DNA from: Myxococcales bacterium
GTDB lineage: Bacteria > Myxococcota_A > SURF-8
Assembly (NCBI GenBank): GCA_003598065.1
Contig: QZKR01000057.1
Location: 7,911-71,910, forward strand
Length of the DNA: 64,000 bases
Direction: 5' to 3'
Shown here: piece by piece, positions 9,423-18,958 of the stretch
How positions within the stretch are numbered: position 1 is the first letter of the stretch
Layout: each line of letters starts with the position of its first letter
Program-made: the position numbers and the translations under genes
The notes under the pieces: generated by a model
What the model was told of the DNA's origin: nothing
Databases searched by the model: none
Seen by the model: the letters and a program-made list of their open reading frames with translations, nothing else

Positions 9423-10304
9423 TCACCTCCGTTCCGTTCCCTCGGCCCCTTCGGTTCCCGTTTCGGTTTTCCCGTCCGGCGACGCCTGCGGCGCGGCGGC
9501 GAACCGCACCGACACGCGTTCCGGCTGATTGCGATTGTCCAAATGGATTTCCTGCGGAATTTTTCCCTCCGCCTCCAGCCTGCGCCACAGTTTGGCGGCG
9601 CGGTCGAGGGCGTCCTTGCGGTTGGATTTGCCGATCACAAGGTTCGTTTTGGCCTCGCCGACGACGAGCTCGAACAGATTGTGATGGAAGCGCACGTAAA
9701 CGAGACGCGCCAGATCGGCCATCGGATGGGCGCGATAGGCGTCGATGAGTTCCAAGGCTCGCCGCACTTTGCGCGCCCCGGCTTCGAGGTTTTCAAAATC
9801 CTGCCCCGACATGCCCTCGATCACGACAAACCCCTCGGGCGGCGGATCCGCCACCGTGAAGGGCACGCCCTCGGCGTCGATGTAATACAGGCGTTCGAGA
9901 CGCAGGAGTCCGACGGGGACATACTCCGAAACTTCAAGATACAACCCGTCGGGGAGGCGGCGCGACAGCCGCGCCCGCTTGATCCAGGGGTGCGCCTCCA
10001 CCTGCAACGCGGCCCGTTTGATATCGACCGAGAAAATCGGCACGCCGGTCTTGAGACCGCTGTAAGCGACGATCTCCGGTTCGGGGATGCGCGACGCGCC
10101 GACGATGTCGATCTCGCGCACGTCGAACCAATGCCGCTCGACGGCGAAGAAATAGGCTTCGCGCCAGACCAGGAAGACGCCGACGAACAGCAGATAGACG
10201 CCGACGAATTTGGCGAAGCCCAGGGCCATCCGCCCGTAAGGCGGCGACGCCTCGCTGCGTTTGACGTTGGCGCGAACGCGCCGGCCGCGCAGATCCCGGC
10301 TCAT
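9423..10304 (-). CDS. ftsQ: Cell division protein FtsQ (POTRA domain)
   Basis: Lower part of composite ORF 9423-11045. The start ATG 10302-10304 overlaps the ddl stop (ATGA). One TM segment is followed by POTRA-like VREIDIVGASRIPEPEIVAYSGL. Confidence 0.85.
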   Translation of the reverse strand: MSRDLRGRRVRANVKRSEASPPYGRMALGFAKFVGVYLLFVGVFLVWREAYFFAVERHWFDVREIDIVGASRIPEPEIVAYSGLKTGVPIFSVDIKRAALQVEAHPWIKRARLSRRLPDGLYLEVSEYVPVGLLRLERLYYIDAEGVPFTVADPPPEGFVVIEGMSGQDFENLEAGARKVRRALELIDAYRAHPMADLARLVYVRFHHNLFELVVGEAKTNLVIGKSNRKDALDRAAKLWRRLEAEGKIPQEIHLDNRNQPERVSVRFAAAPQASPDGKTETGTEGAEGTERR

Positions 10305-11257
10305 CGCCGCGCCTCCTTCGGCTCGGAAAGCCCGAGCGAAGCGCAGAGGAGGATGCGCTCGCAGAGCTCCTCGAACGGAATCCCCTCGGCCCGCGCCACC
10401 TGCGGCACGAGCGAATGCGAGGTCATGCCGGGCAGCGTGTTGATTTCCAGAACGGCCATCTCGCCGTCGTCGGCGACGATGATGTCGGCCCGCGTCGCGC
10501 CTTCGCCGCGCACGACGGCGTTGGCGATGCGGCCGATTTCCAGGCAGCGGGCGTATTGGTCGGGCGGCAGCGGCGCGGGGTAGGGGTAGGCCGTGCCGTC
10601 GTCCTGATACTTGGCCGTGAAATCGTAGAAGCCGCGCGCCGGCTTGATGCCGATGACGCCCAGGGGTTCGCCGTTGAGCACGCAGGCCGACACTTCCTGG
10701 CCGGCGACGAATTTTTCCACGAGCAGCCGCTCGTCGAAGCGCAGCGCCTCCTCCAGCGCCGTGCGCAGGGCCGCTTCGTCGTGGACGATCGTCACGCCGA
10801 CGGAGGAGCCTTCCGCGTTGGGCTTGACGACGGCCGGCAGGTTGAAGGGAAGGTCGGCGGCGGTGAACGCCGCCGCCAGATCGCGCGTCACGATCGCATA
10901 GGGGGCGACCGGCAGGCCCGCCTCGCGGAAAGCGATCTTCGAGAGATGTTTGTCCATCGCCAGCGCCGAACCAAAGACCTTCGCGCCGGTGTAGGGGATG
11001 CGCATCACCTCCAGGAGACCCTGCACGCAGCCGTCCTCGCCCCACTTGCCGTGCAGGGCGATGAACGCGACGTCGATTCCATGAGCGACGAGCGCCGCCG
11101 GCAGATCCGGGCCTTGGTCGATGAGGATTGCATCGTAGCCGCGCGCCACAAGCGCCTTGTGAATCATCGCGCCGGTTTCCAGCGACACCGAGCGCTCGCT
11201 GGACGTCCCGCCGTAGAGCACGCCGATTTTTTTGGTCAGGGCTTCACTGCGTTGCAT
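10301..11257 (-). CDS. ddl: D-alanine--D-alanine ligase
   Basis: 318 aa with ATP-grasp motifs GKWGEDGCVQGLLE and VLEINTLPGMTSHS. Confidence 0.95.
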   Translation of the reverse strand: MQRSEALTKKIGVLYGGTSSERSVSLETGAMIHKALVARGYDAILIDQGPDLPAALVAHGIDVAFIALHGKWGEDGCVQGLLEVMRIPYTGAKVFGSALAMDKHLSKIAFREAGLPVAPYAIVTRDLAAAFTAADLPFNLPAVVKPNAEGSSVGVTIVHDEAALRTALEEALRFDERLLVEKFVAGQEVSACVLNGEPLGVIGIKPARGFYDFTAKYQDDGTAYPYPAPLPPDQYARCLEIGRIANAVVRGEGATRADIIVADDGEMAVLEINTLPGMTSHSLVPQVARAEGIPFEELCERILLCASLGLSEPKEARR

Positions 11258-11266
11258 GCGCGTCTC

Positions 11267-12670
11267 CTAAGCCTCCTCGCCCCGAAGTCGTTTGAGAGCG
11301 AGGACGCCGGCGTTCTTCACGTCGCCCGCGCCGAGCGTGATCAGCATGTCGCCGTCCTGCATCTCGGCGGCGGCGGCGCGCGCGGCGTCGTTCATATCCG
11401 CGACGTAGCGCGCGTCCGGGTGGCCCGTTTTGCGGATCGCCTCGTAGAGTGCCTCCGATGTGATTCCCGGGATCGGCCGTTCGCTCGCCGGGTAGATGTC
11501 GGTCACCAGAAGTACGTCCGCGTCCGAGAAGGAGCGCGAGAAATCGCGGAACAGGTCGCGCACGCGCGTAAAACGATGCGGCTGGAAGAGCGCCCAGATT
11601 TTCCCTTTCGCCACCGTGCGCGCCGCCGCCAGCGTGGCGCGGATCTCCTCGGGATGGTGGCCGTAATCGTCGATCACGGTGACGCCGCGCGCCGCGCCCT
11701 TCACCTGGAAGCGCCGGTCGGGCCCCTGGAACGTCGCCAGGGCGTCGATGATGGTTTGAAACGGGATTTCCAGTTCCATGGCGCAGACGATCGCCGCCAG
11801 GGCGTTCAGGACGTTGTGCAGCCCCGGCATCGGCAGGCGGACCTCGCCCAGCCGCGCCGATCCTTTCCACACGGAGAAGCGCATCGCCATGCCGTCGCCG
11901 CGCGCGTCCTTGGCGGTGAAGTCGGCGTCCTCGCCGAAACCGTAAGTGGCGTAACGTCGCGCGACGCGCGGCAGGATGGCGCGCACGACGGGGTGATCGA
12001 GGCACATCACGTTCATGCCGTAGAAGGGCACGGAGTTGGCGAAGGCCACGAACGCCGCTTCGAGGTTGTCGAACGTGCCGTAATGGTCGAGGTGCTCCGG
12101 ATCGATGTTGGTGATGACGGTCATCACCGGCGTGAGCTTGAGGAACGAGCCGTCCGATTCGTCGGCCTCCGCCACCAGCAGCGAGCCTTCGCCGAGCCGG
12201 GCGTTGGAATCGAACTGCTCCAGCCGGCCGCCGATGATACAGGTGGGGTCGAAGCCGGCTTCGGAGAGGATCCAGGCCACGAGGCTCGTGGTCGTCGTTT
12301 TGCCGTGCGAACCGGCCACCGCCACGCCTTCCTTCATCCGCATCAGTTCGGCCAGCATTTCGGCGCGCGGGATGATGGGGACGCCGCGGCCTTTCGCCTC
12401 CAGAAGCTCGGGGTTGGCTTTGTCCACGGCGGAGGAGTAGACGAGCACGTCGGCGTCGCCGACATGTTCGGCGGCGTGCCCGATGGCGACGCGCGCGCCC
12501 AATTTGCGCAGGCGGTCGAGGACCGCCGAATTCTTCAGGTCGGAGCCGGACACCGAAAAGCCGCGATTGATCAGCACCTCGGCGATGCCCGACATGCCGA
12601 TGCCGCCCAGGCCCACGAAGTGGACGCGGCGGATCTTGATCGTCAGAATGCCGCCATGATAGGGCGTCAT
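11267..12670 (-). CDS. murC: UDP-N-acetylmuramate--L-alanine ligase
   Basis: Lower part of composite ORF 11267-13567. ATG 12668-12670 overlaps the murG stop. Motifs HFVGLGGIGMSGIAEVL and AGSHGKTTTTS. Confidence 0.95.
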   Translation of the reverse strand: MTPYHGGILTIKIRRVHFVGLGGIGMSGIAEVLINRGFSVSGSDLKNSAVLDRLRKLGARVAIGHAAEHVGDADVLVYSSAVDKANPELLEAKGRGVPIIPRAEMLAELMRMKEGVAVAGSHGKTTTTSLVAWILSEAGFDPTCIIGGRLEQFDSNARLGEGSLLVAEADESDGSFLKLTPVMTVITNIDPEHLDHYGTFDNLEAAFVAFANSVPFYGMNVMCLDHPVVRAILPRVARRYATYGFGEDADFTAKDARGDGMAMRFSVWKGSARLGEVRLPMPGLHNVLNALAAIVCAMELEIPFQTIIDALATFQGPDRRFQVKGAARGVTVIDDYGHHPEEIRATLAAARTVAKGKIWALFQPHRFTRVRDLFRDFSRSFSDADVLLVTDIYPASERPIPGITSEALYEAIRKTGHPDARYVADMNDAARAAAAEMQDGDMLITLGAGDVKNAGVLALKRLRGEEA

Positions 12671-13764
12671 GGCTGCGCTCCTTTCCCGCGCGCCAGTTCG
12701 GTCAAGAGCGCCGCCGTGCGCAGCGCCGCGTCGGGGCGGCCCTGGCCGCGGGCGGCGGCGAGTTTCGCGGCCAGTTCGTCCGGCTTGTTCAACAGCCGCT
12801 CCGCGAAATCGCGGACGTAGTCGGCCGTGAATCCGCGCTGCTGAACCATCCACGCGCCGCCTGCGCCGACGAGTTCCGCGGCGTTGGCCGTCTGATGGTC
12901 GTCGGCGGCCGTGGGCAGCGGCACGAACAGCGCCGGTTTGCCGGCGGCGGCGAGTTCGGCGCAGTTGCCCGCGCCGGCGCGGCAGACGACGAGATCGGCG
13001 GCGCGGTAGGCGGCGGGCATGTCGTCGATGAAGGCTTCCACCGTCGCCGCAAGCCCTGCCTGGGCGTAGGCGCGACGGACGGCCTCGGCGTCGGCTTCGC
13101 CCGTCTGATGGCGGATGACGAGCCGGTCTTTCATTTTCGCCAGTTTCAAAGCGGCGTCGGCGAAGGCGACGTTGATCGCGTGCGCGCCCTGGCTGCCGCC
13201 GGTGATGAGCAGCCGCAGCTTGCCTTCCGGCATCGGCGTCGCTTCCTCGGCGGCGAGCGCGGCGAACGCCTGACGCACGGGGTTGCCGAAGCGCCGTATT
13301 TTCTTCGGCGGAAAATACTCGGCGGCGCGTTCGAAATGAATGATGACGGCTCTCGCCAGCCGCCCGAGAAGGCGGTTGGTGACGCCGGGATAGGAATTCT
13401 GTTCGACGATCGCCGTCGGCACGCCGGTCAGCCATGCGGCGAGCATCGCCGGGCCGGAGGCGTAGCCGCCGACGCCGAGCGCGACATTGGGCTTGAAGCG
13501 GAGAAGAATCGCCAGCGACTGGAGGAAGCTCAAAGGAACCTTGAACAGGTTGACGGCCGTTCTCCACGGCCCCATGCGCTTGAGGCCGCCCACCGTAACG
13601 AAGCGGACCGGCCAGCCGAGCTTGGGAAGCAGCGTCGCTTCCAGGCCGCGCGCCGTACCGACGAAAAGAATCTCGTGCCGGCCCTCGGCGCGCAGGGCTT
13701 CCGCCGTCGCTACCCCCGAGAAGAGGTGCCCGCCCGTGCCGCCGCCGGCGATCAGCAGCTTCAT
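12667..13764 (-). CDS. murG: Undecaprenyldiphospho-muramoylpentapeptide beta-N-acetylglucosaminyltransferase
   Basis: Lower part of composite ORF 12667-14760. ATG 13762-13764 overlaps the ftsW stop. It begins MKLLIAGGGTGGHLFSG. Confidence 0.95.
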   Translation of the reverse strand: MKLLIAGGGTGGHLFSGVATAEALRAEGRHEILFVGTARGLEATLLPKLGWPVRFVTVGGLKRMGPWRTAVNLFKVPLSFLQSLAILLRFKPNVALGVGGYASGPAMLAAWLTGVPTAIVEQNSYPGVTNRLLGRLARAVIIHFERAAEYFPPKKIRRFGNPVRQAFAALAAEEATPMPEGKLRLLITGGSQGAHAINVAFADAALKLAKMKDRLVIRHQTGEADAEAVRRAYAQAGLAATVEAFIDDMPAAYRAADLVVCRAGAGNCAELAAAGKPALFVPLPTAADDHQTANAAELVGAGGAWMVQQRGFTADYVRDFAERLLNKPDELAAKLAAARGQGRPDAALRTAALLTELARGKGAQP

Positions 13765-14927
13765 GGCGCGCCTCGCTTGGGATTGACGAAATTCACCGTG
13801 TGCCGGCTGATGTTCAAAAGAATGCCGACCATGAACAAGGCGACGACCAGCGACGAGCCGCCGTAGGAGATGAAGGGCAGGGCGATGCCTTTCGGCGGCA
13901 GCACGCCGAGCACGACGCCGACGTTGATGAGGATCTGCAGCATCAGAATCGTCGTAATGCCGAAGGCGAGGTAGCAGCCGAAGGTGTCGGGCACGCGATA
14001 GGCGATCTGGTAGCCGCGCGCCAAAAGCAGGCCGAAGAGAACGAACAGCGCGGCCACGCCCGCGAAGCCGAGTTCCTGTCCGAGGGTGGCGAGGATGAAG
14101 TCGCTGTGGGCCTGCGGCAGAAAGAACATTTTCAAGGTGCCGTCGCCCAGACCCATGCCCCAGAGCCGGCCCGAGCCCAGGCTGATGACCGATTCGCGCA
14201 CCTGATAGCACAAGAGGCTGTAATCGCCTTCCGAGCCGATGAATTTGATCTGGTCCACGAAGTTTCGCAGCCGCATCATGCCGTGCGGAAAGACGGCGAG
14301 CAGCAGCGCCAAAAAGGGCACGGCCGCCGCCCCCATGGCCATCGGGTAGCGCAACGGCGAGCCGGCGACGACGAGCGTAAGCATGGCCGCGAAGAGAATC
14401 AAAAACGCCGTGCCGAAATCGGGCTCGACGACGATCAGCGTCAGCACGACGAGCGGGATCATGAGATGGCGGAAGTATTCGATCATGAAGCCTTCGCCCT
14501 GCGCTTTCGGCTTGGTGAGCGAATAGGCCACGTAATTGATGACCGCGAATTTCGCCAGTTCCGAGGGCTGGAGATGAAAGGGTCCGAGCGCCAGCCAGCG
14601 CTTGGCGCCCAGCGTCCTGTCGGAAAAACCGGGGACGAGCACGAGCGAAAGCAGAAGCGCCGTAAACACCAGAAGCGGATAGACGAGCTTGCGGTAGTTG
14701 CTGAAATGGAAGCGGCTCGCGATCCCCATGGCGATAAGACCCAGACCCGCGAAGACGCACTGGCGGGAAAAGAAGTAGAAGGCGTCGTCAACGCGCTTCT
14801 CCGCCCAGAAGGCGGAGGAGGAGAGAACCATCACCAGGCCGTAGACGACGAGCAGCAGCGCCGCCGCCAATAGCGCGACGTCCATCTGTCGCGCCCCCCG
14901 GTGAATGTTCGCGTGTTTCGGCGGCAT
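13761..14927 (-). CDS. ftsW: SEDS-family peptidoglycan glycosyltransferase FtsW
   Basis: 388-aa polytopic membrane ORF of the FtsW/RodA/SpoVE type in the ftsW position. An alternative start at 14885 is possible. Confidence 0.88.
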   Translation of the reverse strand: MPPKHANIHRGARQMDVALLAAALLLVVYGLVMVLSSSAFWAEKRVDDAFYFFSRQCVFAGLGLIAMGIASRFHFSNYRKLVYPLLVFTALLLSLVLVPGFSDRTLGAKRWLALGPFHLQPSELAKFAVINYVAYSLTKPKAQGEGFMIEYFRHLMIPLVVLTLIVVEPDFGTAFLILFAAMLTLVVAGSPLRYPMAMGAAAVPFLALLLAVFPHGMMRLRNFVDQIKFIGSEGDYSLLCYQVRESVISLGSGRLWGMGLGDGTLKMFFLPQAHSDFILATLGQELGFAGVAALFVLFGLLLARGYQIAYRVPDTFGCYLAFGITTILMLQILINVGVVLGVLPPKGIALPFISYGGSSLVVALFMVGILLNISRHTVNFVNPKRGAP

Positions 14928-14934
14928 CGCCTTC

Positions 14935-16020
14935 CTAAATGTTGAACTTCAGTTTCAGGGTCGATAGTCCGACCAGCGCCAGAATGATCGACACGATCCA
15001 CAGCCTCACGACCATCTTCTGCTCGGCCCAGCCGCGCAACTCCAGCGAATGATGGAACGGCGCCATGCGGAAGATTCTCTTTCCCGTCAGCTTGAACGAG
15101 GCGACCTGGAGAATCACCGACAGCGCCTCCAGGACGAAGATCCCGCCGACGATCACGAACAGCAATTCGTTTTTCGTCGCCACGGCCGCCGTACCGAGCG
15201 CGGCGCCCAGCCCCAGCGCCCCCACGTCGCCCATGAACACCGACGCCGGATGGGCGTTGAACCAGAGGAACGCGAGGCAGGAGCCGAAGATCGAGCCGCA
15301 CAGCACGGTCATTTCGCCGGAAGCGGCGACGTAGGGCATGTTGAGATAGCCGGCGAAGACCATGTTGCCCGAGATGTAGGCGAGAATCGCGTACACCAGC
15401 GCCGACGTCATCACCGGGCCCAGGGCCAGGCCGTCCGCGCCGTCGGTGAGGTTGACGGCGTTGGCCGCGCCGACGATCACCACCGCGCCGAAAGGCAGAT
15501 AGAACCAGTCCGGCAGATTCCTCAGCGGCTCCCAGAGAAACGGCACGGCGAGATCCGCCGTCAGCGGCGTGTGCGTCAGGAGTGCGAACATCAAGAGAAA
15601 GCCCAAGGCGAACTCGGCGACGATCTTGTAGGAGCCGCGCAATCCCTTGGCGTTCTTCTTCGACACTTTCAGATAGTCGTCGAAGAAGCCGATCAGGCCG
15701 AAACCCGTCGTGGCGGCCAGCGCCGTCCAGGTGAACATCGTGTCGAGCCGCGCCCAGAGCAGGGTGGAGAGGCCGAGCGAAAAGAGGATCGCGCCGCCGC
15801 CCATCGTCGGCGTTCCGGCCTTGGCGAGATGCGTCTGCGGGCCGTCGTCGCGTATCGTCTGGCCGTACTGATGGTTCTTCAGCGTCTGGATGAACCACGG
15901 CGCGATGATGAAGGTGATGAAAAGCGCCGAGAGCGTGGCCGCCGTCGTGCGGAAAGAGATGTATTTGAATACGCGAAATACCGTGTCATCGCCGAAAAAC
16001 TCGTAGAGGTAGTACAGCAT
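14935..16020 (-). CDS. mraY: Phospho-N-acetylmuramoyl-pentapeptide transferase
   Basis: 361 aa, polytopic, with motif NAVNLTDGADGLA. Confidence 0.96.
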   Translation of the reverse strand: MLYYLYEFFGDDTVFRVFKYISFRTTAATLSALFITFIIAPWFIQTLKNHQYGQTIRDDGPQTHLAKAGTPTMGGGAILFSLGLSTLLWARLDTMFTWTALAATTGFGLIGFFDDYLKVSKKNAKGLRGSYKIVAEFALGFLLMFALLTHTPLTADLAVPFLWEPLRNLPDWFYLPFGAVVIVGAANAVNLTDGADGLALGPVMTSALVYAILAYISGNMVFAGYLNMPYVAASGEMTVLCGSIFGSCLAFLWFNAHPASVFMGDVGALGLGAALGTAAVATKNELLFVIVGGIFVLEALSVILQVASFKLTGKRIFRMAPFHHSLELRGWAEQKMVVRLWIVSIILALVGLSTLKLKFNI

Positions 16021-17435
16021 CAGCGAGTTCCTTCCGTTCGCGCGGCGAGCGCGTCGATGGCGCGCTCCATGCGCATGCCGCGCGAGCCCTTGACGAGCAC
16101 TGCGCCGCCCGGCCGCACGCGCCCGTCCACGGCGGCGGCGAAGCAGGACCAGTCGTCGGAACAGAAGATCCGTTCTTCCGGCATGCCGGCCCGCCGCGCG
16201 CCCTCGGCGACCTCGACGGCGAACCGACCGAACGCGCCCAAAAGATCGACGCCGGCCTGCGCGGCCTTTTCGCCCAGCGCGCGATGGTAGTCCGCGGAGA
16301 GCGGCCCGAGCTCCAGCATGTCGCCCAGAAGCGCCGTTTTATGCTTCCCCGCGCCGACGTCGGCGAGGATATCCAGCGCCGCCGCCATCGAGGCGGGATT
16401 GGCGTTGTAGCAGTCGTCGATGAGCACGAAGCCGGTAATGTCGCGCCGGATTTTGAGCCGCCGGCCGGGCAGGACGACCTTGGCCACGGCGGGAGGCATG
16501 GAGGCGAGCGGCGCGCCAACGGCATGCGCCGCCGCGACGGCGGCGAGCAGGTTCGACACATTGTGCCGGCCCAGCAGCGGCAGGCGAAACTCGGCGCGTT
16601 CGCCGCCGACGGAAACATCGACGGCGAAACCGTCGGCCAAGGGCGAGATCTTTTGCGCGCAGACGTCGGCGTCCTGCCGTTCGCGGGAGAAGGTGAGCCG
16701 TTGAGCCTTCGTGCGCGCCGCCTGGGCGACGATGCGCGGATCGTCGAGATTGACGACGGCGACGCCGGCTTCGGCCAAGGCGGCGAACAAGCCGCCCTTC
16801 TCGCGAGCCACCGTTTCGATGTCGCCCATGTCCTGCAGGTGCGCCGGGTGAATGCTGGTGACGACGCCCACGTCGGGCCGGGCGATGGCGGCGAGCTGCG
16901 CCATTTCGCCGGGGATGCTGACGCCGAACTCGACGACGGCGACGGGCTCGTCGCGCAGAGCCAGAAGCGTCAGCGGCAGGCCGACGAGGTTGTTGAGGTT
17001 GCCCGTCGTGGCGAGCACGGCGGAGCGTTCGCGCAGAATCGCGGCCAGAATTTCCTTGGTGGTGGTTTTGCCGTTCGAGCCGCTGACGGCGAGCACGCGC
17101 GGCGCACATCGGCTGCGCCAGTGGGCGGCCAGCGCGCCGAGAGCGGCCAGCGTGTCGGCGACGGCGAACGCCGCCGCGCGCGGATGCGCCGCCAGCAGGG
17201 CGTCCAGACCTTCCGTTTTGGAGACGACGACCGCCGCCGCGCCGAAGTCGAGCGCACGAGAGACGAAGCGATGGCCGTCGAAGGCGTCGCCGACGAGCGC
17301 GACGAACAGTTCGCCCGCCTTCAGCGTGCGCGTATCGGTGGAAACCGCCGTCGCCGCGCCGGAGGCCGGGCCGAGCAGGCGCGCCTCGGGCAGCGCCGCG
17401 CGGATCAGTTCGAAGGTGAAAGGCGCCGGCGTCAC
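16020..17435 (-). CDS. murF: UDP-N-acetylmuramoyl-tripeptide--D-alanyl-D-alanine ligase
   Basis: 471 aa with the Mur ligase P-loop GSNGKTTTKE. The stop overlaps the mraY start by 1 nt. Confidence 0.93.
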   Translation of the reverse strand: MTPAPFTFELIRAALPEARLLGPASGAATAVSTDTRTLKAGELFVALVGDAFDGHRFVSRALDFGAAAVVVSKTEGLDALLAAHPRAAAFAVADTLAALGALAAHWRSRCAPRVLAVSGSNGKTTTKEILAAILRERSAVLATTGNLNNLVGLPLTLLALRDEPVAVVEFGVSIPGEMAQLAAIARPDVGVVTSIHPAHLQDMGDIETVAREKGGLFAALAEAGVAVVNLDDPRIVAQAARTKAQRLTFSRERQDADVCAQKISPLADGFAVDVSVGGERAEFRLPLLGRHNVSNLLAAVAAAHAVGAPLASMPPAVAKVVLPGRRLKIRRDITGFVLIDDCYNANPASMAAALDILADVGAGKHKTALLGDMLELGPLSADYHRALGEKAAQAGVDLLGAFGRFAVEVAEGARRAGMPEERIFCSDDWSCFAAAVDGRVRPGGAVLVKGSRGMRMERAIDALAARTEGTR

Positions 17436-18958
17436 CGCTCGCCTCCCTTCCGGCTCGCGGCCAGGGCCGCCGCCGCCTCCTCGCGGTCGTCGAAATGCTT
17501 CTTCGCCGTTCCGTAGATCTGGTAATCCTCATGGCCTTTGCCGGCGATGAGAATGATGTCGTCGCGCCCGGCCGCCTGCACGGCAAGGGCGATGGCTTCG
17601 CGGCGGTTTTCGAGCACGACGTAGCCCCGCTCGCCCGCCAGCGCCGCCGGTTCGACAAGCTTGCCCATGCCGGAACGCCGCACGCCGGGTTCGATTTCGG
17701 CGAGGATGGCGAACGGATCTTCCGTGCGCGGGTTGTCGCTGGTGAGCACGACGAGATCGGCCAGCCGGCCCGCCGCTTCGCCCATCAAGGGGCGCTTGCC
17801 CCGGTCGCGGTCGCCGCCGCAGCCGAAGACGGTGATCAGGCGGCGGGAGCCGAGGTTGCGGCATACCGAGAGCGCCCGCTCCAGGGAGTCGGGCGTATGG
17901 CTGTAATCGACGAAAACGTGAATGCCGCTCGTTGTCGGCACGCGCTCCAGCCGGCCAGGGACGCTGGCCAGCGTCGCCAGGCCGCGCGCCGCCTCCTTGG
18001 CGTCGAGGCCGTAGGCAAGGCCGATCGCCAGCGCCTGAAGCGCGTTGGCCGCATTGTGCGCGCCGATCAGCGGCGTTTGGATGGTTACGCCCTGGCCGCG
18101 CCCGTCGGCGACGAAACGCGTTCCCGCCGGCGAAACGCCGATGGCCGACGCCTTCAAGTCGGCGCGCGAATGGTTTGCCGTGGAAAAGCGCAATACCTCG
18201 CCGGCGAAGCCCGCGATCAGCGCTTCCGCCGCCGGATCGTCGCTGTTGACGACGGCGGTGCGCCGCGGTTTGGGACTGTCGTTCAAGAGCGGCACGAACA
18301 GCCGCCGCTTGGCGGCCAGATAGGCGTCCATGTCGGGATGGTAGTCGAGATGATCGCGCGTGAGGTTGGTGAACACGGCGCAATCGAAGGCCGCGCCGTC
18401 GGCGCGGAACTGGTCGAGGGCGTGCGACGAAACCTCGACGAGCAGAATCTCCACGCCGCGCTCGACCATCTCGCGCATCAACCTTTGAAATTCGATGGGG
18501 CCGGGCGTCGTCGTCGCCGCCGGCGTCTCGACGCCAGCGTAGCGGTAGGTAATCGTGCCAATCACGCCGACCTTTTTTCCCGCCGCCGCGAACATCGCCT
18601 CGCCGAGATAGGTGGTGGACGTCTTGCCGTTGGTGCCGGTGACGCCGCAAACCCACATCCGCCGTGAGGGGTCGCCGAAGAAGCGGGCGGCGAGGGGACC
18701 GACCCGCCGCCGCGTGTCCGGAAGCACGGCGCAGGGCGCGCCGGCCGGAACGAGCGAAGCGTCCTCGACGATGAACGCCGTCGCGCCGCGCGCCGCCGCA
18801 TCCGGGATATGGCGGTGGCCGTCGTCCTTCGCGCCGCGCACGGCCGCGAAGGCCGCGCCCGGCGCGACCTGGCGCGAGTCGTCCGTCAAAACGGCGATCT
18901 CGGCGTCGGGGCCGACGAGACGGCCGCCGAAGGGCTCGATGAGGCGCGACAGTTTCAT
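17432..18958 (-). CDS. murE: UDP-N-acetylmuramoyl-L-alanyl-D-glutamate--2,6-diaminopimelate ligase
   Basis: 508 aa with GTNGKTSTT and a DNPR motif (TSDNPRTEDP), which is typical of meso-DAP-adding enzymes. Confidence 0.93.
   Translation of the reverse strand: MKLSRLIEPFGGRLVGPDAEIAVLTDDSRQVAPGAAFAAVRGAKDDGHRHIPDAAARGATAFIVEDASLVPAGAPCAVLPDTRRRVGPLAARFFGDPSRRMWVCGVTGTNGKTSTTYLGEAMFAAAGKKVGVIGTITYRYAGVETPAATTTPGPIEFQRLMREMVERGVEILLVEVSSHALDQFRADGAAFDCAVFTNLTRDHLDYHPDMDAYLAAKRRLFVPLLNDSPKPRRTAVVNSDDPAAEALIAGFAGEVLRFSTANHSRADLKASAIGVSPAGTRFVADGRGQGVTIQTPLIGAHNAANALQALAIGLAYGLDAKEAARGLATLASVPGRLERVPTTSGIHVFVDYSHTPDSLERALSVCRNLGSRRLITVFGCGGDRDRGKRPLMGEAAGRLADLVVLTSDNPRTEDPFAILAEIEPGVRRSGMGKLVEPAALAGERGYVVLENRREAIALAVQAAGRDDIILIAGKGHEDYQIYGTAKKHFDDREEAAAALAASRKGGER

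Noticed and set aside
10415-12820. 801-aa plus-strand ORF opposite ddl and murC; similar cases at 32049-33797, 40010-41914, 53739-55589, 45044-46432 and 57102-58535
   Set aside because: The pattern is the same in every case. Each lies antisense to a gene with strong family signatures, and the composition-driven open frames have no motifs.
11267-13567. Very long composite ORFs that prepend Arg/Pro-rich extensions to murC, murG, ftsQ, ftsA, rlmH, ftsL and the STAS protein
   Set aside because: The extensions are out-of-frame read-through of the upstream gene. Internal ATG/GTG starts that overlap the upstream stop (ATGA/GTGA) give canonical protein lengths and N-termini.
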